Shown here piece by piece: positions 20,648-32,460 of a stretch of DNA of 64,000 nt. Made by a program: the position numbers and the translations under genes. This stretch comes from a virus (lineage: Duplodnaviria > Caudoviricetes). The notes beneath the pieces are model-generated. The model ran no database searches. It had not been told where the DNA came from and saw only the letters and a program-made list of their open reading frames with translations. Within the stretch, counting starts at the first letter, position 1. The number at the start of each line of letters is the position of its first letter. The DNA is taken from IMG/VR virus record IMGVR_UViG_3300033067_002132, positions 32,001 to 96,000 of that record. One strand, 5' to 3'.

Positions 20648-21108
20648 TCCAGTAAAATTACAAATTAATAGTTTAGAGGCGTTAGAGCGTTTAATTGGCG
20701 GCGACAGTCAATTAGAAGTTGAATTACGTAATTCTGTTGTACAGGAATTTACTAATAGACATTTAAAAGGCGTTGCTAATCAAATTAATACGAGTCAAAT
20801 TATTAAAAATATAGAAGAATCAATTAAACAATATATTACCGCACATTTCGGAACATTAGATAAAGATATTTATGGACGGTATATTAATTCAGTTACTTTA
20901 AATGGAGTAGTAAAAGAAGCAATTACTAAACATATTCAAGAAGTTTTTCCTGTAATTATTAAAGATGCAGTACAAAACGCCGTTAAATCTTTTCTAGAAA
21001 AGAATAATATCGAAGGTTTAATTCGCGTTCAATTTTCGATGTTAACTAAAGAATTTATTAAAAAAGCCGTTACAGATAAATTTCAAGAAATTACGAAGGA
21101 ATTAAATA

Positions 21109-21444
21109 ATGAGTAAATCTTTAACATTTAAAAAGTTTAGCGCGGCTGTCCGTATTCGCGGAAAGATTTTTGAAGAAAAAATTTTTAAAACTGGTCCTTG
21201 GACAGAATCAGATTACGGTTGCGCTTTAGGTGGTGAAGTTGGCGAATTACAAAACTTTATCAAAAAGCGCCGCCGAATTAATTATAAAGGTAATAAGTAT
21301 AAAAAAGAATGTAAGCATGAAATCGCCGATGTTCTTATTTATTTAGATACCGTTGCAAATAGTTTAGGTTTTACCTTAGAAGAATGCGTTATCGAAAAAT
21401 TTAATTTGACTTCTAAGAAAAATAAAATTAATATCTTTCTATAA
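21109..21444 (+). CDS. MazG-like nucleotide pyrophosphohydrolase
   Basis: GEVGEL.N.IKK, EIADV.IYL, KFN.TS. Confidence 0.8.
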   Translation: MSKSLTFKKFSAAVRIRGKIFEEKIFKTGPWTESDYGCALGGEVGELQNFIKKRRRINYKGNKYKKECKHEIADVLIYLDTVANSLGFTLEECVIEKFNLTSKKNKINIFL

Positions 21445-22463
21445 TGCGCAAGAATATAGTAATTATTTCTGTCTGGCTGGATACTCAAGAAAAAATTCTT
21501 GATGCTATCCAGCTAGTTTCTACTATAAAGAAACATTTTCCTGTTTGTCTTTATTCTCATTATCCTATTCCTGATATCGTTCAAAAAATGGCGGATTTTT
21601 CTATTTACGATAAGGAAAACGTTATCAGTAAAGAAAGCGATTTTGATGATATCGATCCCGGATTAATACCGTATTATTACGCTATTTATCCTGGATATAA
21701 GTATATTAATTCTTCTGCTAGCGGCCCTATAGTTGCTTGTTTAGCACAGACTATGCGCCCGCTTCCTATTTTAAAAATATCTGGATATACTCATTTTTTC
21801 TTTTTAGAAGGAGATCATTTGATTTCAGAAAAAGATATGAGTGTCTTTTATGATTTTATTAATCGCGGTAAAAAAGGAACTTTTATTAAATACAGCCCGA
21901 TTATGATTTCGGAGCCATTTTATTATTGTGAAATAGATTTCTTTTTAAATAACGTACCGATAATTAATACAATAGAAGAATTTAAAGACATAGTAAAAAG
22001 ACAACAAACTTTCTTGCTTGGATCTATTATTTTACATGGATTAGAAAAAGGCGGGCTAAATAATATCAATTTTATTGATTGTCACGATAACCATGATATA
22101 TTTCCTAACAGTATTTTAAATAAGTATCTTAGATCGCGCCCATATAATTATATTTTTGATGTTGTTCGCGACCACGATTCTTCTGATATTTATTTTTGTG
22201 TTGATGTAAATGATCAAAGTGGAATAGGAATTAAGTTTAAAATCGCCAGTGATTTATATAATGAAGAAATAATCACGAAAGAGAATAAATTTCTTTTTAA
22301 AAAGATTCCTTGCGATTCTTTTGTTTTTATTGAAATTTTTAATCAAAAAAATGAGAAAATAGAAGAAAAATTATATAGAAAACAAGAAGTGTTAAATACT
22401 CAAAGAAAATATATACAAATTCTGTCTTGACGAAAAATCCGTTAGATGGTAAGGTTTTAACGA

Positions 22464-23432
22464 ATGAGCAATTATTTTCCTAATATCATTGGTCAAGAGC
22501 CCGCCGTTGGACAATTGACATTTTTTCTAAATAATTATCAAAAGCACCATATTTTTCCTAATCTTTTAATCACGGGAAGTCGTGGTTATGGAAAAACCGC
22601 GATGGTACGAACTATTTCTCAAAACTTATGGAATCAAGAGGATACAGCGCATAAAAAATATGTAGAAATTACAGGCGCTGATTTTCAAAAAGGAAAAGCT
22701 CTTGAATCATTTATTGAAAACGTAATCGAACCTTATACGGTCGGAAATCAAGAATGTACTTTATTTTTTGATGAAATTCATTTGGCCGATCCAACTGTAT
22801 TAAATTGGCTATTGCACGTTTGCGAAATTAATTCTGATAATACAACTCGTAATACCTATAAGGATCGCGAATTTAATTTTGATTTTAGATATTTTACCTT
22901 TCTTTCTGCGACCACGAATCCAGAAAAACTATCTAAACCGTTAATTTCACGTTTGGAACGTATTGATTTGCAGCCATATAGTTTACAAAATTTGGCGGAC
23001 ATTTTAGTTAAACATACTAAAGATAAATTAGTATATAAAGAAAATGTTGCGACCGATATTGTTAAATCAATGCGCGGCAATCCGCGATATGTTGTGAGTT
23101 TTCTTTCTCGAAAACTATTACCCTACGTTGCAGATAAAAAAGAATTTACTCCTAACGATTGGACTGATTTAAAGAAACAGTTATCTATTCATCCTCTTGG
23201 GTTGCATAGTAACGAAATTCAATTACTTAAGTTTTTACATAAACGCCAATCTGCCACGCTTACCGAAATCGCATGTTTTCTAGGATTAGATTCTGGAACA
23301 GTGCGGCGTGACTGTGAAAGCTTTCTCCTTTCGAATTATTTAATTAGAATTGACGGAAAAAGATATATTACTGGCAAGGGTACAGAATTAATCGAAGCTC
23401 TTGACAAAACGGAAAAAGCACCTACTATTTAA
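22464..23432 (+). CDS. ruvB: RuvB-like AAA+ ATPase
   Basis: IIGQ, G.RGYGKT, FFDEIH, ATT.P..L..PL.SR, RGNPR, LGL, C-terminal wHTH with E.FL and R.IT.KG. Confidence 0.75.
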   Translation: MSNYFPNIIGQEPAVGQLTFFLNNYQKHHIFPNLLITGSRGYGKTAMVRTISQNLWNQEDTAHKKYVEITGADFQKGKALESFIENVIEPYTVGNQECTLFFDEIHLADPTVLNWLLHVCEINSDNTTRNTYKDREFNFDFRYFTFLSATTNPEKLSKPLISRLERIDLQPYSLQNLADILVKHTKDKLVYKENVATDIVKSMRGNPRYVVSFLSRKLLPYVADKKEFTPNDWTDLKKQLSIHPLGLHSNEIQLLKFLHKRQSATLTEIACFLGLDSGTVRRDCESFLLSNYLIRIDGKRYITGKGTELIEALDKTEKAPTI

Positions 23433-23934
23433 TTTATGGCATCACATCAACCTAAATTTATTACCGTTAAATTGTCCGATTTAACGAAGATGTTTAATGG
23501 AGATATGGTTATTCCTGTTGGTCGTAAATTTGCAGAAAATATGTTTTTACGCGAAAGTCAACCTGTACATATTTCGCAAACAGAACTAAAAAATACAAAT
23601 GCGCCCGCGCCAAAACCGACGATTAGAGTTATTGAAAATTTAGAAGACGCAAACGACGAATAAAATGAGAAAAATTGAATTAAAGTTTATCTGGTTAGAA
23701 GAAGGTGAAGAACAAAGCGATTTAGATTATATTATTTCTTTGATCGGGAATAGATTTACTGTACTTAATTCGTTTCCGGATGTTTTTCATAATGGATACA
23801 TCTATATCAAAAGCAATGAATCATTAGAAGAAATTAATAATTTTTTTAATGGTGATAAACGTTTTAGTAATTTTGCCGGATCGAAAGTTCTTAATAAACT
23901 CTAGAAAAACGAGCAGAAAAGTGTATAATATTGC

Positions 23935-24282
23935 ATGAGAAAATTCTTTTTATCGTTATCTTTTTGTGCGCTTTCTGCTTTAATTCTTATTAAGGCTTTG
24001 GCGATTCCATATCAACCATTGAGATTTAGTTGGGATAAATCAGTAGGTGCCGTAGCATATAGATTATATTACGGAACTAATTCAGGTCAATATAGTAATA
24101 GTATTAGTGTCGGCGATACTAATATCGCTGACGTTCCTAATCCAATAGGCGGAACTACTAATTATTTTGTTGTAACCGCTCTTAATCCTGCGGGTATCGA
24201 AAGCGGTCCATCTGTAGAATTAGCCGTTTCTTTAGATTGGCCTATTCCTCCTGCCCCTGTTAACTTTCGTCGCATTCCCTAA
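23935..24282 (+). CDS. Secreted fibronectin type III domain protein
   Basis: Signal peptide; WD....AYRLYYGT.SG.Y, YFVVTA.N..G.ES.PS. Confidence 0.75.
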   Translation: MRKFFLSLSFCALSALILIKALAIPYQPLRFSWDKSVGAVAYRLYYGTNSGQYSNSISVGDTNIADVPNPIGGTTNYFVVTALNPAGIESGPSVELAVSLDWPIPPAPVNFRRIP

Positions 24283-24629
24283 TGAAAAAAATACTATTTA
24301 GTTTTTTAGGTTCTATTGCTATCTTCGGGGCTTTATCCCAAATTTGGGTAGCCCCTGTAGATTTAAATAAAAATGGTCTTTATATTCATTTTAATGCTAC
24401 GAATGGTTATTATTCCTTTGAATATTCAAAGGATTTGACAAATTGGCAAAAAATAGGATACACTTTTATCTCAGTCGGCGAAACAAACGGTTTTAACTTT
24501 ATTAACACAGATTTCTCTAAAAATTCTAGTGCTTTTTATAAATTAAAATCAATTACCAAAGATGAATATATCTCTGTTTGGACAAACATTTGGAAATTAA
24601 ATTGGTCAACTAATAACTTTTTAAATTAA
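24282..24629 (+). CDS. Secreted protein with a Verrucomicrobia-type C-terminal beta domain
   Basis: Signal peptide; Y..EYS.DL.NW and AFYKL motifs. Confidence 0.5.
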   Translation: MKKILFSFLGSIAIFGALSQIWVAPVDLNKNGLYIHFNATNGYYSFEYSKDLTNWQKIGYTFISVGETNGFNFINTDFSKNSSAFYKLKSITKDEYISVWTNIWKLNWSTNNFLN

Positions 24630-24633
24630 AAAT

Positions 24634-25050
24634 ATGAATACATTCTATATTCAAGTAAATCGAAATCCTAATGCGCTCGCCTCTCTTAAGGCGATTTTTA
24701 ATCAATATGGCGTTATTTATACTGATCGCCAATTAACCCCGCCTAAATATATTTATGTTAGTTATACGGGTAATGGGAGTTATTATGCACGAAATCAAAA
24801 TCTTGTGTCGGGAGTTTTTGTTTATGATGCTCTGCAAGATCTCGGGTCAATCGTAGATATTTTTGCGAATAAAATTGCAAAGAATATTAAATTCGATCTT
24901 ACTTATCGTAAATCGGATGGTACGGTTGATGATTATCAAATTCTTGATATTCAAGAGTCGGATAGTGAGCGCATTATTGCGAATGTTTTTAATCGAGGAA
25001 TTCGTCATTTTAAATGGTCTGGAATTCGTTCTTTAACCGCAGTAAAGTAA
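24634..25050 (+). CDS. Protein with WYL-like C-terminal domain
   Basis: TYRKSDG...; RGIRHFKWSGI. Confidence 0.45.
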   Translation: MNTFYIQVNRNPNALASLKAIFNQYGVIYTDRQLTPPKYIYVSYTGNGSYYARNQNLVSGVFVYDALQDLGSIVDIFANKIAKNIKFDLTYRKSDGTVDDYQILDIQESDSERIIANVFNRGIRHFKWSGIRSLTAVK

Positions 25051-25080
25051 AGTCTTGACTACGATAAGTCTTTGATAGAG

Positions 25081-25114
25081 AATGGTTAACGTAGAAAGGC
25101 GTTAACCATTTTTT
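25081..25114 (+). terminator. Intrinsic terminator
   Basis: AATGGTTAACG/CGTTAACCATT hairpin followed by a T run. Confidence 0.7.
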
Positions 25115-25658
25115 ATGATGTTAATAATTACATTGATTGTTGGTGTTTTAATAGGGATATTTAAAATCAGTAAAAGAAAAATTGACAAGAACGCAAAATC
25201 GGATTAAGGTTATCTCAAGTAAATAACATATGAACAAAAATACTAAGCAACGTTTCAAGGCGGCACAAAAAGAGGGTCAAAGCGTCAATATGACGATTCG
25301 AAAGACCTATAAGGGCGCGAGTAAAGGACAGTATCGCGAGGTTCCGGTAACTATCCATATCGCCAAGCCTGACGGAAGTGGAGTAATTTCCGAAAATTCT
25401 AAGCGAAATATGCGGATGCGAGTTCTGCATAATAAGGGCGCGGGTAAGGATGGTAATGGATCGCTCACGGTTCACGAACCGATTCACAAGGATCTTCCTT
25501 GCAATCCTCTAAAGCACAAGAATTATGGAAAGAATCGCGCCGAACTGATGCAAGAAGCGGCGGAAGGTGGCGGTGATGGCGGCGGAACATTTGTTAAAAT
25601 TCCGCGAAAACCTACCGTGAAGACCGTTTGATAAACACAATGGCCTCCGGTCATTTGA

Positions 25659-25689
25659 GGGGAGGCGAAAGCCTCCCCATTTTTCTTTT
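25659..25689 (+). terminator. Intrinsic terminator
   Basis: GGGGAGGC-GAAA-GCCTCCCC followed by a T-rich tail. Confidence 0.8.
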
Positions 25690-28037
25690 ATGAAACTTAC
25701 ATTTATTTATGCGGTGTTTATTACTCTCGTTCTTCTTTATACTTTTATTGGATGTTCTGATCCTAAATCCGCAATTAAAACTTTAGAAAGTAGCGGATAT
25801 ACTAATATCGTAATTACCGGATCTCGTCCATTCGCTAAAGGAAGTGATGATTTTTATTCCACTGGATTTAAAGCAAATTCTATTAATGGTACTTCTGTTT
25901 CCGGTTCCGTTACTAAAGGATTCTTTAAAGGATCAACAATTCGATTAGATTAATGTATGGAAGAACAAATTTCACTTGCTCTAAAACGTTTTCATCTAGA
26001 AATAGAAGTAAATAGTAATGTTATTACATTGTTAGATAAACAAAAAGAAATTACTTTAGGATTTTTTAAAAACAACGAGGAATTATTTTCATTTCTTTGT
26101 GGATATGAAAAAGGATTTTCCGCGGGGCAATGGGATATGTTTAATCGTTAATTATGAATATTGAAACTTTAAAGCGAGCCACACAATTAACTAAAGAATT
26201 AAAAGAAATTACTGAAAATGAAGAATTAAAAGACAAGTTATCTTTATTTTCAATGGATTACCATTCGGCTTTAAGTAATATTTCAGAAGTTAATATTTCA
26301 GATAATTCTATTTCTTTTCTTGCTTCAGGATATGCGAGAGGTTATTTTGAAAATGAATTTACAGTAACTTGGGATTTCTTAGATAATCCAAATAAATATA
26401 TCCAAAAAAAGAGACTAGAAGCTTTAGAAAAAGCAGAAAAAGAAGAGGAAGAACGCAAGAAAAAGTTAGAAGAACGAGAGCGCCAAAAACTTAAAGAATT
26501 AAAAGAAAAATATGAATCCACCCAATTGTTACGAATGTAAATATATTAAATCTATTCCTGGCGACGCGCACGTTTCTTGCATTCATCCTAAAATTGGCGG
26601 AGATAATATTTCCGCATTATTTCTTGCTCTTTTATTTCCCGATAAGTTCACGAAAAGATTAAATGTTACGGGAAATGAACATGGAATTAGAAAAGGATGG
26701 TTTGCGTGGCCTGTTAATTTCGATCCGGTCTGGTTAGAAACCTGCGATGGGTTTGAAAAGAAAGGAGAATAAATAAAAATATGCTTGTATTAAACTCAAG
26801 CCTTGGTTATAATTCTGTCGTTAGTCTTGCGGTAAGTATTGCAATCAGTCTGTCATAAATCGGCGCACGTCCAATTATTAAGGTATAACCCCAAAAATTA
26901 TCGGAGCCGTAAAAGAGCAATTAGTCAATCAGTTAGTCAAGCGGTAATTCGGAAAAATAACCTAAATTAACGAGAGAAGAATTAAGGTTCTTCTCTCACT
27001 TATAATATATGGAATATAAAGATTTAGCAAATAAAGAAATTAAAGTCGGCGATTTCATCATTTATTCTGCTCTATGTTGTCGATCATCGGTACTTAAATA
27101 TGGGCGAGTTGTAGAATTAGGAATACGAAAAGATACATATGATGAAAAAAATTTGGGTTGGCCAACTTTAAAAGTAATTAGCGCAGATAGAATGAATTAT
27201 TGGAATCGCGAAAAAGAAGAAGATGAATCGAAATGGGAAATCCAAGCTAATGGCCGAATTATTACTTTAGGTTTTGTTAATCGTTGTTTAGTTATTCCTA
27301 TTGAATGCGTTCCTGTAGAAGTTCAAAATCTTTTAAAATGAAACCGTTGTTAAATTACTTTTGTAAAAATGGAATTCCTATTGATTTAGAATTCAAAATT
27401 GGACTATTAAAATTTGTCCAAAAAGGTACATTACAATTAGAAAAAGAAAATCATTTTAAATTTACTAATTCTAACGGTGATAATAAGGTTTCTTTTAATT
27501 TAGCACAAGTAATTTCTATTGCAGAAGATCGCCCCCATATTATCGTTAAAACATGAAAATTTTTCATTGTATTCTTTTAGGTTTTTTTATTATTTTAACG
27601 ACAATTACTTTTGCATTAGGAAGTTTATTCTTTTTTATCGACGGATTTTATTTTATTTCTATTGTTTTTTACTTAATAACTATAGGATTAGGATTTAATG
27701 TACATAAATTTTTTAGAAAATTAATTGACTAATGAAAATTACTAATATTTTAGCAAAAGACGGGTCATATCAAATTTTTAAAGGCGGGCAAATAACCATT
27801 TCTTATCCAACAAATAGTAATGGAGCTAGAGTTAATTTATCTAATGGGCAAGAATTAGAAGAATTATTAATTTTAAATCCTATGTTTAATTTTCTTAATG
27901 ATTCAATTGATCCTAAAACTATTCAAATTCATGGATTTGTTTATGATCAATGTCAAGGAAATTTTCATTCGGTTAGAATTTGGTGCCGATATGATTAAAT
28001 CCTTGCCAATTAGTAAAATCTTTGTTAGGCTAGAGAA

Positions 28038-28451
28038 ATGAATCAGCGAACACTTAATCGATGCATCGAAATCGCTAAGGCAATGGCTCCGCAGAATTTG
28101 GAGCATCGCTGTAGTCATGTAACCTTTTTGATCGGTAAGGGTGGGCGAATTTGTTATATTGGTACTAATGGAAGTAAAACTCACCCTAAGATGCTTGAAT
28201 ACGATTATGATAATTATAATGATCGTAAGTGTCGTATTCATAGTGAATTTCGGACAATTTTGAAGGCATCTGTAAAAGAAAAGACAGAAGATTTGTCTCA
28301 TTTTTCTATTATGAATTTGCGTGTGGATAGAAAAGATACTCTTAACATGGGTCGCCCGTGTTCTGGTTGTATGTCTATTATTCGTCAAATGGGAATTCGT
28401 GACGTTTTCTATTCTAATCGCGAAGGCGGAATTAGTTATGAACGTGTATAA
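28038..28451 (+). CDS. Cytidine/dCMP deaminase-fold protein
   Basis: HSE and PCSGC zinc motifs. Confidence 0.75.
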   Translation: MNQRTLNRCIEIAKAMAPQNLEHRCSHVTFLIGKGGRICYIGTNGSKTHPKMLEYDYDNYNDRKCRIHSEFRTILKASVKEKTEDLSHFSIMNLRVDRKDTLNMGRPCSGCMSIIRQMGIRDVFYSNREGGISYERV

Positions 28452-28468
28452 TTTACCAATAAAAAATT

Positions 28469-29077
28469 ATGAAAGTAACAATTGATAACGAAGATTACGA
28501 ATTAGATATCGAAAAAGCTAAAGAATTAGGTCTTCTGAAAAAGAAGATTATTCTTAAATCAGGACAGGTTTATTCTAATGGATCTGTTAAGGTTCTATTA
28601 ATTGCTGATGATAATGAGGATAGTTTTATTTTAACAGGGCGTAATGGGAATATTTGCACATGTTTTTATGATAGTCCTAAAGATATCGATATTATTTTTA
28701 ATTTAATAGAGACTAAACAATGGAAATATGTTGGCGAATTAGGAAAAGATGTATCTTTGGATTATTTTAAGACTTAATTTATGAAAATTACAATTGATAA
28801 GAAAGATTACGAATTAAACGTGGAAAAAGCAAAAGAATTAGGTGTTTTAAATGAATATCGAGAATTAACACCAGGAGATATTTATAAAACTCCTAATGTA
28901 ACGGTGATTTTAGGATATAGTCATTACGATAGAAAATTTTATTTATTTGGTGCGACACAAAATCCGTTTCTTGGTTTCGGTGACAGACCTTTAAGTGCAG
29001 AAGATATGAAAAAATATTTAAATGAAATCGATTTTAAATTTGTTAAAAACGTTTCCTTAAATATAAATGATATTTGA
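28469..29077 (+). CDS. Tandem paralogs (28469-28777, 28781-29077)
   Basis: Shared N-terminus MK.TID..DYEL..EKAKELG.L. Confidence 0.7.
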
Positions 29078-29108
29078 CAAAACGGCAAATTGGATCTAAT
29101 ATGTCTTT

Positions 29109-29216
29109 GGTCCGCGGGGACCAGATAAAACCGCGCCAAGAGTCTCAATGAGGCACAAGATTCTTGGCTAATAAATGGGCCTCCATCCTGCGGGTGATGG
29201 TACAATGAGACCCGCA
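29109..29216 (+). ncRNA. Candidate ncRNA of three tandem H-type pseudoknots
   Basis: Starts at the predicted +1 of TTGACA-N17-TAATAT; six complementary stem pairs. Confidence 0.6.
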
Positions 29217-29900
29217 ATTATTGTAAGTAAAGAGTTAATTAGTATTAATTCTTGCCGGGGGTAAGCGTGACTTTGAATCCGCCGCGCCCCCGGATTTTAA
29301 TTTCCAGAAATTATGAACGAAAATCCTAGAACCGATGTCGATATACTAAATTATTTTCATAGTTTAAATACGTTCGCACACAGATTAGGATACGGGGGCA
29401 TTACTCTAACTAAAAAATATTTTAGCCTTACTAAAAATAAAACTGAATACCGTTTTGATAAATTAGATGAACTTTCGGTATTTCTTTGTGAAAAAAAGTT
29501 TGAATAAACAAAAACATGAATATTCGCGCATTCCTTAAAAATTGTAATCCTTTTGGTAAAAAGAATTGGCCCAATAAATACGTGATTTATAAGTTTAATC
29601 CGCCGGTATATGATGGGCCATTTTCCGATGAAAAAGCTTCTGAGGTTGCCTGTGAAAGTAGATGTTTAGCGCCGCAAATGGCGAATCAAATTTATATTTC
29701 AGATAAAATTCCTAGTAACGCCGAACATATTGATGGAAAACATCTATAATATGAATTCTTTTGATAAATATAAATATTATTGTATCTTTGTAGATTGTCA
29801 GCAAGAACAAAAAGAATTAAAAGATTGTCTGGATTTCGCGGTATCCAATGGTTATAATTTAGCAGCGGATAAAATTAAAAATCTGATTCTTTAGATTAAT

Positions 29901-29987
29901 GGCGTCATGGCGGAATCGAAGACGCATTTGCCTCAAAAGCAAACGGTTTAAAAAACCATAAGGGTTCAAGTCCCTTTGACGCTACCA
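29901..29987 (+). tRNA. tRNA-Leu(CAA)
   Basis: GGCGTCA/TGACGCT acceptor, TTTGC-CTCAAAA-GCAAA anticodon arm, long variable arm, TTCAAGT loop, CCA. Confidence 0.9.
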
Positions 29988-30199
29988 TTTTATGAATAAA
30001 ATCTTTCTCCTTAATGAAAACGGAAGAATCTATGTATATAAAAATGGAATTAGTAAAGACGAGTGTCTTAATTTAGTTCTTCATTCGCCACCTAGTATTT
30101 TACATACAGATGTACAAAAATGGGTAAATAAAGCGAAACATAATTCTAGTTTTTCCTTAAATTATAAAGATAGGTTAATTTGCATCGATTTAAATCAAT

Positions 30200-30664
30200 A
30201 TGAATAATCCTAATTGGTCCGCTATTGCCGCGATGACAGATTTGCGAGTTATTGGAAATGGGCCAAAAATTCCTTGGCATATTTCTGAAGATTTTAAGCA
30301 TTTTAAGCGGACGACAATGGGAAAAACTATTGTGGTCGGCCGAAGAACTTTTGAAACGCTTCCACCATTACCCGGGCGCGATATAATTGTATTAAGTAAT
30401 AATACAACGACACTAATTAATGGCCGATTACCAATATCTATCGATACATTAAAAGAAAAGTATTGGGATAAAGAATTAATTATTTGTGGCGGCGGCGAAA
30501 TTTATAAACTTTTACTCCCATTTGTTAATCAATTGATTCTTACCAAGGTTCATTTAAACTATGAGGGTAACGTTTTCTTTCCTAAATTTGAGTCAAAATT
30601 TAATTTAACTGAAACAATTTGCCAAACTCCCATTTACAGCATCGAAATTTGGAAAAAAAAGTAA
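30200..30664 (+). CDS. folA: Dihydrofolate reductase
   Basis: VIG....IPW....D..HFK..T.G..IVVGRRTFE.L.PLPGR; CGGGEIY; FFP. Confidence 0.95.
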   Translation: MNNPNWSAIAAMTDLRVIGNGPKIPWHISEDFKHFKRTTMGKTIVVGRRTFETLPPLPGRDIIVLSNNTTTLINGRLPISIDTLKEKYWDKELIICGGGEIYKLLLPFVNQLILTKVHLNYEGNVFFPKFESKFNLTETICQTPIYSIEIWKKK

Positions 30665-30751
30665 GATATATTAATAGTTTAGTTGGAATACTGTCTATTT
30701 CAATTATTGCTTATTACATTATTAAGATATATCTATCAACAAAATAAAAAT

Positions 30752-30937
30752 ATGGAAAAAGAATTTGAATTAAATGTTTTTCAGGAACATCCTACTCATC
30801 CGCCGCACCCGAACATTCCCGAACCTAGCGTGATTGCAATTTGCATTGTCGGCGTTGCATTATTCTTTCTTTTTCGCTGGCGTAAACAATTTAGTCCGCG
30901 CAACGTTCCTATTAAATTTCATGATTTGCTCAAGTGA
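30752..30937 (+). CDS. Minimal PEP-CTERM-tail protein
   Basis: IPEPS + TM helix + RWRK; likely start ATG 30752. Confidence 0.7.
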   Translation: MEKEFELNVFQEHPTHPPHPNIPEPSVIAICIVGVALFFLFRWRKQFSPRNVPIKFHDLLK

Positions 30938-31500
30938 AAATTTCTATAAGTAATCATAAGTGCCCAAATTGTCAAAATTTTCTTTATTTTAAAGAAATCG
31001 AAGAGAATCGAGTACAAATTTGGTGCGGGCAACCTGATAATATTTGTAATAATCAGGGCGCAAATGATGGAGCGGTAGCTAAAAATGAAGATTCCGCATT
31101 TACTATTTTAATGCAAAAGCTTGGATATGAATAATTTATGAAATTAGTTAAAAATTCCGAAAAAAGAGCCTTTGAAATACAAACGACCGTACCTTTCTTT
31201 TTAGATCTTCAAGCACTAAATAAAAAGTATTTCGGTGCTATTCTGGATGAAAAAAAGTTTTTTATTACACAAGAAAAATATCGTAAAGGAAATTTTAAAC
31301 TTCTTTGTTTAGAAGAATTAACTGTTGGCAATGGTATTTTTGGTTTTGAAAGTCCTGATTTCTTAGTCTTATTAAATCGTATTTATACTTCTCAATTAGA
31401 ACTTTTTGTTTTTGATAACCATAAAGATCTTCTTCGTTGGTTATTAGAATAAACAAAAAAGTATTTGACGAAAAGACAATATCAGAATAATATTACCACT

Positions 31501-31842
31501 ATGGAAAATAAAGCATATACCCTACCATCGGAAGCGCAATTTGCTGTTGAAGACGTTGCGCGATTAAACAGTATCCACAAAGCCACCGCCGCAGCCTTTG
31601 TTAAGGATCAATTCACTAAGAATCTTGTAACTAAATCAGGTAAGCGAGAAACCGGCAAGAAGGGCAAGCCTGCGACCCTTTATAGCCGAGTTACCGTCAA
31701 CGCTGCCGTTGCCGAAGTTGTTACTCAAACTCCGTCTCCGACCGTTGAGAGCGCGGGAACGCCTATTGCAGACGTTGTTAATGGAACAGCGCCCACTGTT
31801 GCCGTTGACGCTTCTATTACCGCAGAACCCGTAACCGCTTAA
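31501..31842 (+). CDS. Winged-helix-like protein with Ala/Thr/Pro-rich C-terminal tail
   Basis: GKKGKPATLY wing motif; own promoter (31465) and terminator. Confidence 0.55.
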   Translation: MENKAYTLPSEAQFAVEDVARLNSIHKATAAAFVKDQFTKNLVTKSGKRETGKKGKPATLYSRVTVNAAVAEVVTQTPSPTVESAGTPIADVVNGTAPTVAVDASITAEPVTA

Positions 31843-31870
31843 TTTAAATTAAAAAGGAGATAAAAAAGAT

Positions 31871-31900
31871 GGGGGCGAACAATCGCCCCCTTTTTTATTT
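31871..31900 (+). terminator. Intrinsic terminator
   Basis: GGGGGCGA/TCGCCCCC followed by a T run. Confidence 0.85.
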
Positions 31901-31905
31901 ATTTT

Positions 31906-32460
31906 ATGGATATCGATGCCTCTTTTATTGAAAAATATAAGTTTCTAATTCATTATAACATTAGAAAGTTTTCTAACTATTATGGAAGTTTAAATCGTTA
32001 TGAAGATTTTTTTAATACAGCTCTTTTAGTAATTTATAATAATATTGATAAATTTGATCAAACTAAAACTAAAGGAACATTAGAAGGCTTTTTATCTACA
32101 AAAATTCGGCAAAAGATTATTGATATTATTAGAACGGAAACTCATACTAGTTCAAAAAAGAAGGAAAAAGAAGTTCATATTTCATTTAGTACGCCCGAAT
32201 TAGAAGTTGTAAGTAAAAATTTAAAAGAAGAAGATAGATTAAAAGAAATCGACGACAAAGAAATTATATCTATCGCTTTAAATGAATTAGATGAAAGAGA
32301 AAAAGATGTAATTACTAATTTATTTTATAACGATACATTAAGCGTAGAATTAGCTAATAAATATAAAATCTCAGGCTCAATGGTTAGTCTTATTAAAAAT
32401 TCTGCGATGAAGAAAATGCGTGATAAATTAGAATATATGAATATTAAATCGGTTGTTTGA
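31906..32460 (+). CDS. RNA polymerase sigma70-family factor (regions 2 and 4)
   Basis: IDKFD.TK...F...IRQ.IID.IR; L..LDEREK.VI...FY......ELA....IS...VS.I...A.KKMR. Confidence 0.8.
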   Translation: MDIDASFIEKYKFLIHYNIRKFSNYYGSLNRYEDFFNTALLVIYNNIDKFDQTKTKGTLEGFLSTKIRQKIIDIIRTETHTSSKKKEKEVHISFSTPELEVVSKNLKEEDRLKEIDDKEIISIALNELDEREKDVITNLFYNDTLSVELANKYKISGSMVSLIKNSAMKKMRDKLEYMNIKSVV

